Shown here piece after piece: positions 1-10,466 of a stretch of DNA of 64,000 bases. The notes below the pieces were generated by a model. The model was not told where the DNA came from, searched no databases, and worked only from the letters and a program-made list of their open reading frames with translations. The translations under genes and the position numbers were made by a program. Position 1 is the first letter of the stretch. Every line of letters starts with the position of its first letter. Location of the stretch: assembly GCA_965644295.1 (NCBI GenBank), contig CBFFRP010000128.1, forward strand, positions 62,001-126,000, in the 5' to 3' direction. This DNA comes from Paraphysomonas bandaiensis (taxonomy: Eukaryota; Protista; Chrysophyceae).

Positions 1-68
1 CAAATCAAGGTGATTTCTTCTACAATGTGTTGAAGCAACCTTCTCTCACATGTTTGTCATTCGCAGCA
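1..68 (+). repeat. Left terminal inverted repeat (at least 68 bp)
   Basis: caaatcaaggtgatttcttc...tttgtcattcgcagca, a perfect inverted match to 3149-3216. Confidence 0.95.
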
Positions 69-78
69 CCATATTTAC

Positions 79-1109
79 ATGTATTCCGAGGCTTTCCGTC
101 TTTTAATTTTGGATGTGTTTGATCACTCTCTGGAAATCACAAATTCTGTGGCCGCATCACTAGATCATATATACGAGAAATACGATGTGTCCCAAAGCAC
201 AGTTAGAAGGTGGTTGGACAAATATCTGGACACTGGATCAGTTAAACCAGAGTCTTCACACCATTCGCACCACACTGTCATTTCACTCGAGCATATCAAT
301 TTTGTTAAAGAGTTGCTGGCAGAAAATTCAACTTATTCCAACGAAGAATTATGCGAAAAGGTTTTTAATGTGTACGGCGTGGCGTACTTGGAGCACCAAA
401 TGAAGCATGCCATGAACACTGAGGGCTATACCGTAAAAGTTTGTCAAAGAATTTCCCACAACAGAAATGAGGGCTTGAGGCGTTACTATAAGAATAATTT
501 GGCCCGATCATTGGATGAAATTCCAGCTCGCTGCTATGCTGTTGTGGACGAATCACATCTCCAGCCGGCAGAAGTTCTACGCCGATATGGGCGTTCACCA
601 CATGGCTACCCTGCCTTCGTGAGTGGTGATGTTATAGGCCACTTCAATCCCCAAGTTAGTTGTTGTGCCATTGCTGCAATGTCTATCGAAGGAGTTTTTG
701 CTGTTACTGTACACGAAGAAAATGTTGATCATAATACATTTCTAGATGCCCTAGAACATGACATCTTTCCCCACATGAACCCTTTTCCTGGGGATCGCAG
801 TGTGCTGCTCATGGATAATGCTTCGACGCACGTGAAGATAGATATTTATAATATGTGTGCAGAATTCGGCGTGATGGTTGTGTTTCTCCCCCTTATTCTT
901 ATGATTTTTCACCAATTGAACCCGTATTTCATCTTGCCAAAGCGCACATTAGAAAGAAGTGGGGAATTATGTACGCATATAAACCACTTGCAGCTCAACT
1001 ACATGAAGCTTTGTGGTCATGCTGTACTGCCGAAACTGCGTGCAATTTATTCAATCGAGTGGATATTACCGTTACTTGGAAAGAACAGTGCGAAGCCTGT
1101 AACTATTGA
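79..1109 (+). CDS. IS630/Tc1-like DD34E transposase with one frameshift near 890
   Basis: N-terminal HTH (VSQSTVRRWL), VDES and LLMDNASTH in ORF 79..1152. The final motif PPYSYDFSPIE is in the 855..1109 frame. Adding one C to the C-run at 888-892 joins them and gives D-x34-E spacing. Confidence 0.85.
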
Positions 1110-1463
1110 TCATTTGCAGATTATACTCTATACTCTACTCACTAGTTACTAATATAGATGTACTGATGATTGAATGTGATATGCTTGCTACTACTTCGTG
1201 ATAGAATATGATTAATTATACGCAATAGATTCAAGTAATATTAATAAATCAAAAAAACAAAATTTTGAAAAGTTTGTGGAGAATTTAAAATATCAGTTCA
1301 TACAGTTGCATACTAAGAAGAAAAAAGAAAATCGGTTAGTGAGTCTAAACCTAAATTTCGATGCATCGGAGCGTATGTGTTAAATTCATCCAAAAATTAC
1401 CAAGATTCGAAATAAATAATAAATGAGACCCGGCAGATAACGATTGACTGCAATCTGTTCTAT

Positions 1464-3149
1464 TTAGTAAGGGTCGGCAGGATAAGGAATTTCATACTCG
1501 GCCTCATATGCTATCCACTCACCCCTCTCATCCTTTCGCATTCCTTCTCCCCAGGCAAATCGCTGTTGGCGATAACGCGATGCATAATCAAAATCCCTGT
1601 GGCCGTGGTAATATTCTGGCGGGTAGCCATACAGCATGTGATGCGGATAATGCCGAGGAGCAGATCCCTGTGGGTAATACGGAGGAAGCTGCTGCTGAAA
1701 AGGAAAACCCCCAGTTGGATAAATAGGAGGGGGGTATACCCCGTAGGGCGATGGTCCACAGTCTGGTGGAAGGGGAAAAGGGACACCAAAAGAAGGGCCA
1801 CTACTTCCAGCAGGGGGAACACCAATTGGGATAGGCCAACCTTGTGCTGGAACACCTGGAGGAGCTGGTAGAGCAGGGGGCGGTGGTGGTGGCGGGTGTG
1901 GTCCTATTCGAACCGACGAGAATATGATATTTTCACGGGCTGCAGGTATTGGCTTATTACCCCCCTTGAGGTCACTATATTTTGGGAAGCCTTGACCCAT
2001 CCAATCCAACTTGAGAACCCATGTATCGAGTGTCGGGTCATACTCCAACGGGTCTTCAGCTGCACGTTCTTCACCTTCTAGGGTACTAAAGTATTCACAT
2101 AAGTATGTTCTTAACTGCGAGTAGCTCTTTACTTTCTTGCCCTCGGGAAGCTCGAGTAGATCTTTCAATTTGCTATCAGAAATCAAATCTTTCTTGCTCC
2201 AAGCTTTGGCACGACATCGCTCGATATGCAAGCGATTCCTTTGTGCTTCCAAATGACTCGATGTGTCCGCCGCATCATGTTCACTGGCGGTTGAAAGCTT
2301 AAGACCTGATTGACCACCGTGACCAAATCCTCTCTGCTTGCGGATACCACTTTGCATACTTTTTGGAGGATTAAGCTCGAAGAGTCTTTGACCCTCTTCA
2401 CTGCACTCGGTCATGGCTTCTTTCATTGCCGGTGACCAGTACGTGTTCATATCATTTCCTGGACGATGATTCAGGCCAACTTTGAAATATTTTGAGTGCA
2501 TGTATTTACAGAGGGGAAGATCATTCTGTTTATGTTTAACAAGCGCAAGGGAAGAATCAACAAAGCTGAGCTGTCTCTGTAGTATCACATCGTCTGGGCA
2601 ATTTTGGAACGGGACACCAGCAATCACCACATAGTGGGAAGCGTTTTCCCGACAACACTTCCTATCGTGATCTGTCTGGCGTCTAGTGGGAAGTAACGGT
2701 ATGTCCAATTCTCCATCGGGAGGGATCATGTGGAAATTACCAATGATACCAGAACTTGTTGCAGTTCGAACAGTAATACCTCTGCTGAAGTCTATCCTGA
2801 GTTGGTCGTTGAAGTCTGATAGTGGTGGCAATAACTTTTGATTATACGCTTGCCTCGCTACGCCCTCAACGAGTGCATGCAAGAATGCATGACCTTTGAC
2901 ACGCCAGATATTACTATCGTCTTCAAAAAGATTACCTCCTGGAATCTAAAAAAAATGTTATATTAAAACATCTTTAGCAGTAATTGCAGTAATTCTCACC
3001 CAAATCGTTAATTGGTCTGTCGAAGAAGTTAACTCGGACCGATTTACAGAGAATGCCTGTGCTTCCTCTCGAAATTTAGTCAAAGCGACAATTTTTACTC
3101 GCACCCACAGACCTTCTTCTATTTCAGAGTTTTGGCTGTCTGATGACAT
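1464..3149 (-). CDS. Transposon-borne orphan protein, 543 aa, 2 exons (3149-3000, 2945-1464), Pro/Tyr-rich C-terminus
   Basis: ATG at 3149. A phase-0 intron GTGAGA...TTTTTAG (2999-2946) joins exon 1 in frame to the 472-aa ORF. No family recognised. Confidence 0.8.
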
Positions 3150-3216
3150 GCTGCGAATGACAAACATGTGAGAGAAGGTTGCTTCAACACATTGTAGAAG
3201 AAATCACCTTGATTTG
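3149..3216 (-). repeat. Right terminal inverted repeat
   Basis: Perfect reverse complement of 1-68. Confidence 0.95.
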
Positions 3217-3681
3217 CAGTGCTTATCATGGTAATTGTGGGTTTATGGTACTGTTTAATGTAGGTGAGCAAGTTTTGTAATCGCGATCAAAGAAGATTGA
3301 AGAAGAGAGAAAAAAAAGTTTTTTTCACACCCGCTCTCCCTCACAATAGCAGTTGCAGTTCTTTGACGTATGTCATTTGTTCTGTAGTTGAATGTACTGC
3401 TGTGGTTCTATTATTGCAGCTGCCAATCAATGAGTGTATAGGTACAAGTATGGGTGGTCTGTACACGTATATCCAGCTCTCTGTATGAATGTATGTATAC
3501 ACGAGTCAAGCTCAGAGTGTTCTGTGTACATATATATGCATACATATCTGTAAGGAGGGGTCATTATATTGTACTCTAACACACAGCACCCCCACTATCT
3601 TCCAGTAATGTCTATAACCATTAACCCTCCTACACCTGTCCCTCCATTCCCCCCCTATCACTCCCTGTAGACTCATAAGGC

Positions 3682-4935
3682 ATGAATGTAAAGCGACATA
3701 ACAAACGGGATGTAAAGGACATAAGAGAGGTATATATACATACATAGACTCCCTCTAGTGGTCTGATAGGACTCATATAGATGCTGTATCATGACTTGAA
3801 TTGTTCATCTTCGACTATGACGGCTCGAGTGTTAAGCACACGTACAAGTGAAGAGGGAATGAACGAGAGTAAACTGCAGGTATGCTGCACTATTGCACTG
3901 TACTGTACGGTAGTGTGATTGTCTTATGTGTATTTGTTTTGAAGCTCGATCTGCATGTTTTGGAAGGGCCGTATAAAGGCGGCTCGTTTAGTATAGTCAT
4001 GACAGTTCGACAAGATTACCCCTTCAAAGGTATATATATTCCACTTCTGTACATGTTTATTTATTGTGTGGTGTGTAGCCCCATTACTATATTCGCCGGC
4101 ACCTCTATGGCACCCCAACATTGACCCGCGCACTGGACAGATTCACCTTCCGCTTGAATGGTCGCCAGTTCTGAAGTTGTACTCTGTGGCGTTTGCTGTC
4201 CAGGTAGGCAGTTTCACTTGGTACTCGTCCGTGATGCTCACTCCTCCGTAGCTGATGTTCTTAGAACCAAGTATGGAATGCGTGGTAAATGCAGAAGCGG
4301 GGCGACTTCATCAGTGTAACCCCGCAGAATTTGAGCAGTTCGTACAGTGTCTCTTGCGAGGGGGCGTGCATGGAGGTATTCCTTATCCGGACTACACTGC
4401 TGCATCTCACAGCATCAAATGCCGGAACGTGGTCGAAGATACCGATGGCTCAGACATGGCCATTTCTTCAGATAGTGGGTTCCTGGGTCATATTCATGGA
4501 GAGGAGCCCCAGCATCCCCTGGAACACCCGAACCCCTCCAGATCTCTTGACCTTTACCCAACTACCGATTGGTGTAACACGAAAAACACACTGTTACAGA
4601 AGCGGAAGGCCAATTTCGATCGAGGTAGCAGCAGCGGGGCAAGTGACAGTCTAAGTGTATGTGACGGAGAGGGTACCGATGAAAGCGATGGCGCTGTAGT
4701 AGTAACGAGATATGTGGATGAGCTCTCCCATCTCAGCAGTGTGCGCATATCTGATCCAGAGCGGAACAGGACAGCAACGAATGGATCACCTGCAAATTGG
4801 GTTTTAGGTAGCAATTCTGATAGTACGCTTAGATACAGAGCTGGTCATCAGTGCAAGCTTTTGAGGAGAGCTATAAGTCCGATTGGGTCTGCGGCCTGGA
4901 CGGGTATTCAAGGCCTTTCTCCAAACAATAGTTAA
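3682..4935 (+). CDS. Ubiquitin-conjugating enzyme (E2)-like protein, catalytic Cys replaced by His, long C-terminal extension; about 5 exons
   Basis: GPYKGGSF...DYPF, WHPNIDPRTGQIHL, EWSP and MFLEP...VNAEA motifs across short GT-AG introns. Confidence 0.8.
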
Positions 4936-5512
4936 CTTCCCCTCTGCGGTGGCATATCCTGTCAATATGTTGCATTTAATGCTACCACTCCTTTTGAGTT
5001 TGTTTAGAGCGCGCAGTTTTCGCAAACTGACTACTTGATATTTAAAGTGTGTCTTTTTATGTGTGAGATACACTCTAGCTCGGAGTTCCCGCGTATCTTT
5101 CGATTCGAGTTTAGGATAAAGCTTGTATATATGATATGCGATATTGCATACACTGTGTATCATGTACTAAATTTAAATTGTGTATTGACGATATAAGCGT
5201 TCTCCGACACGTCTTTTGGTATAACGTACTCTCACACTAGGAATACAAAAAACAACTACTATATAGAATATACAACACCCTTATATATGCTATGAGTCTA
5301 TGAATGATAGCGCTTATCTTTTTTCACTTCTCTCTATAAACTATAAACTACTTCAATGACTCCAGAATCCAGCAGTACATGATTCCACTGTTCTTATACC
5401 AACGACAGAAGGGGGTTTTCACGGCACCAAGTTGAAGTGGACAGAGGACAGGCATTTATTAATTTATGTAGTTGTAGAAACGTATTTCAAAGTTGGTGAA
5501 TACCGTAAACTA

Positions 5513-7226
5513 GTAGTGAATGTCTGATTATTTAGCAATAGGCGTTGAGACCTTGCATCAATTAGTGGCTAGAAGAATGCTAGTCATACTAGTTAGACCA
5601 CTACCCGTAACTAATCAATACAAACTCTTTTATCCTACTATTTAACGCTACAGAAGCTGCTTGTGCGTCGCCGCAAGCACCAAGGTGCAACCACTTCCGT
5701 TCTTTTTGTGTGTTATGAGGCTCGCCATGATCGTGTGTCCTGGGACTCACCGGCGCTATTGATCTGGGGGTCTCCCTTTGGGATGGGTCTCCATTGGTTT
5801 TGGAGGGGGCTCAGCGTTCTGAATTAGGGTCTTGAGTGCACCTAGTTCCAGATGTGTGGGTTGAGGGTGGTGGGGATTGTTGGGAGGAGGGGTAGGGTTT
5901 GTAGTCTGTGTTACTGTGCTCCTGTGGGGCCGTGGGTGTAGATAGAGTTGTCGAAGCCGTCGGCGTTGTGGAGGTCTGGGCAGTCCAGTGCTCTGTCGGG
6001 TAGGACCTGTGAGGTGTGCACGTGTGTCTGGAGTCGGATACGCTGTGGGGGGTCGTCGTTGGACCCCTAGTAAGCGAAGGACTCTCGGACGTTGTCTTGA
6101 CTGACTGCGTTTCGGACGGGGTCTCAGGAGTAGCCTGGGCGGCCTTTTGGACATGGTGATATAGCGACAACCGCGATCCTGTAACATAAGCTTCGCTGCA
6201 GTGTAAAGCGGTTGCAGGAGATTAATAACCGCTGTTTCTAGGTTCCGTAGACTGTGTGCCGTCAGGTGGTTGTGTATGGCATCTCCGAAGACCGTTTCCA
6301 GTTGGGCTGCTGTGATGGTTCCAGTCCAGTATCTCTCGACCTGTGGGATGGAGGGATTCCAGGCTCTGCTGGAGAGTCTCCGTAGTGCAAATGTGATCCA
6401 GTTGGGTAAGGTCTGAGTTCTCTGTATTTCGTGGAGCACATTTTTATGCGATTGAAATGCAGTTTCCCTTATTTGGGTGATGGATTCATGTGTGCAGTCG
6501 AGGCACATATGTTTTAGGGAATCTAGTCGAAACCCGCAGCCAGAGCATGCGGCTTTGGTCAGCAGGTCAAGCCCCTGTTTGGTTTTGGCCCGGTTCCTCC
6601 CTATGCAGAAAGATTTGTCCCATGTCAGTGCCGTGTTGAGTATTCTTTGGCGTAGATTTGAGCTGAGTTTGTCTTTGGATGCACTGCCATCCGCTTGAGC
6701 TAGTTTGCGCGGGAGGTGTACTCCGCTATTGGTCCAGTAGCCAGGCGCTCGATCAGGATTGTGTCCGTAGCGTTGATCTCTGGTTGAAGTGTAGTTCTCA
6801 AGTGTCCTTAGGTCGCAGAGATCCTGGAAATTAGTAAGGAGTGGGCTAGAGTAGTATGGCCGTCTTGTACTGTGCATACGCCAGTGCCATAATCCAGCAG
6901 TTAGTAAGCGTTCGATGGCACTGTCAATCGCAATTGTACAGACAGTGTAGTTATTTTTTCCAAGGATGCGATCGACTTCATGCCAGTCTTCACCCGCAAC
7001 TGCGTCAGCAATATAGATGCCCTTGTCCTCAAACGTCCACTCCGTTTTTCATCTGTGGTACGTCGTTCGGGATGAGACCTCACCCAGGTCACCTGTCGTT
7101 TGCAATCTCTGCTGGCCGCGATGCTTTCAAGTAGTACCCCTTTTGCACGGTGACCGAGAGCTCTGCGTCTTGTGGAGAGTGCTTCCTCAGTGCGGGTGCA
7201 CACTGCCTGACAGTCTGTGTGGCTTC
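5513..7226 (-). mobile_element. 5'-truncated non-LTR retrotransposon (LINE) with RNase H and zinc-binding domain
   Basis: 13-bp TSD ataccgtaaacta at 5500-5512 and 7227-7239. RNase H motifs HTDCQ, WVRSH and GIYIADAVA; zinc-binding motif CSGCG...SLKHMCLDC; 3' UTR 5755-5513. Confidence 0.85.
5756..7226 (-). pseudogene. C-terminal part of LINE pol (RNase H plus zf-RVT-like), frameshifted
   Basis: ORFs 6901..7203 and 5756..6877 plus an intervening frame. RT is absent because of the 5' truncation. Confidence 0.75.
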
Positions 7227-7339
7227 ATACCGTAAACTAAAACCCGGTAACCGTTAATGGTAACGAGGTTAATGGGCCATGAATGATAATGCCATTATAA
7301 TAGGAACTGGGCAGCCATTAATGACATTTACTGGTGCAT

Positions 7340-8210
7340 GCCCTCAACAAAGTCAGAATCGCACCTTTCTGTTGTGTTCTGGGAAACAAGTACCGAAGAT
7401 ATTTCTCCCAGAAATTAACATGAGCCGCGTATATAGTCAGCAGATATTGTTCTGCCGTTCTGCCCACTCATAGCCAAATGCTTGTGTGGTATATTATATT
7501 GAAAGTCTTATTATTAGCAATAGGCGTTAAAAACCTGCACTAACTTAGTAGCTAGATGAATGCTAGACAAACTAGTTAGACCTCTACCTGTAACTAATCA
7601 GTACACACTTTTTTTTATCCTACTATTTAACGCTACGGAAGCTGCTTGTGCGTCGCCGCAAGCACCAAGGTGCGACCACTTCCGCTCTGAGTTCTTAAGG
7701 TGAACATCCCGGATGCTTGACTTCAGCAGGCAGCCCAATACCCCGGTTACCCTTCAGGTGGGCCCTGTCCCGGATGCCCTTGAGGTGGACCCATTCCCGG
7801 ATGCCTGTTTATTCGTCAGGGCCCAAAGACGTCTACACAAGTGACACTTATTGGTGTCCCTTGTACCACACAAGCATTCGGCTATGAGTGGGCAGAAGAA
7901 TATCTGCTGACTATGTTTGCGGCTCACGTTAGTTTCTCAGAGAAATAACTCCGGTACTTATCCCCCAGAACACCACGAAAAGGTGCGAGTCCGACTTTGT
8001 TGAGGGAAGTGGTGCGGGTTGTGAGGCTTGTGTGGTACAAGGGACATTAATTCACTAATTAGTGTCACTTATGTAAACGTCGTTGGACCTAAACGAATGA
8101 ACTGGTATCCAGGACAGGGGACAGATCCCACATCAAGGGTAACGGGCATTGGGATGCCTGCTGAATATATTGTTGACTGGTCCAGATTCCAGATATTATG
8201 TTCGCCTTAG
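7340..8210 (+). mobile_element. Older, diverged copy of a SINE-like family, split by a younger copy (pieces 7340-7491 and 8026-8210)
   Basis: Both pieces align colinearly with 20959-21250. Confidence 0.75.
7492..8025 (-). mobile_element. SINE-like non-autonomous retroelement, 534 bp
   Basis: 12-bp TSD gcttgtgtggta at 7480-7491 and 8026-8037. Its 3' roughly 185 bp (7505-7688) match the LINE 3' UTR (about 5522-5702). Short AT-rich tail. Confidence 0.85.
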
Positions 8211-8463
8211 CAGTAAGTTCTAGGCATGTCCAGCGAATGTAGTATAGATATTTTCAGCACTTACGAGAATATTGGTTATACATGATTTTCACATATAACT
8301 CACATTTATACAGTGCAATCAAATTTCAACGTCAAAATGTGACTTATTAGTATGCATTATGCATTGCGCTTTGATATTAGTTACACAGTATGTACTTCAT
8401 ACAACCAGAAAGCAAACCAAATTCCTGAGCACTACTTCCACTAGCTACATCAGAGGAGGTAGA

Positions 8464-9878
<1,415 letters not shown>

Positions 9879-9984
9879 GGTCACACAGGAACTAACCACA
9901 CGGGAACAAGAGGACAGACACTCCACTATAATAAGATACAAATTAAACTAACCTGACAACACATACAATACTGCCGTATACACC

Positions 9985-10322
9985 TGTATGTATGTATGTA
10001 TGTTGTATGTATGTATGTATGTATGTATGTATGTATGTATGTATGTATGTATGTATGTATGTATGTATGTATGTATGTATGTATGTATGTATGTATGTAT
10101 GTATGTATGTATGTATGTATGTATGTATGTATGTATGTATGTATGTATGTATGTATGTATGTATGTATGTATGTATGTATGTATGTATGTATGTATGTAT
10201 GTATGTATGTATGTATGTATGTATGTATGTATGTATGTATGTATGTATGTATGTATGTATGTATGTATGTATGTATGTATGTATGTATGTATGTATGTAT
10301 GTATGTATGTATGTATGTATGT
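9985..10322. repeat. (TATG)n microsatellite, about 335 bp
   Basis: Near-perfect tetranucleotide tract between divergent genes. Confidence 0.99.
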
Positions 10323-10466
10323 GTGTATAGGCAGGTAGGTCTATGTATGGGTGTGTATGTATCAGTATATAGTACCATGACTTGTTAGATGTCATAACTC
10401 CCCCATCACACCATATCATCTCCTCCCCCTCTCCTCTTCTTATCCACATCTACTCAATCCCTTATC

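Larger units (their letters stand above)
1..3221. mobile_element. Two-gene TIR DNA transposon, IS630/Tc1/mariner superfamily (left end cut by the window edge)
   Basis: Bases 1-68 are the exact reverse complement of 3149-3216. They enclose a DDE transposase (+) and a convergent orphan gene (-). The right end continues CAGTG (3217-3221); the true terminus and TSD cannot be fixed from this window. Confidence 0.9.

Noticed and set aside
1464-3149. Transposon ORF2 as a Fanzor/TnpB RNA-guided nuclease
   Set aside because: No RuvC motifs or paired CxxC finger are visible, and the C-terminus is low-complexity; only a profile search could fully exclude it
7805-7830. Hammerhead-like CTGACGA on the minus strand of the SINE
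   Set aside because: Not conserved in the 21-kb copy, and no correctly placed GAAA or stems
9926-10449. ORFs of MYVC/YIHT repeats (also near 23.0-23.4, 31.0-31.5 and 35.4-35.8 kb)
   Set aside because: These are translations of a stop-free tetranucleotide microsatellite, not genes
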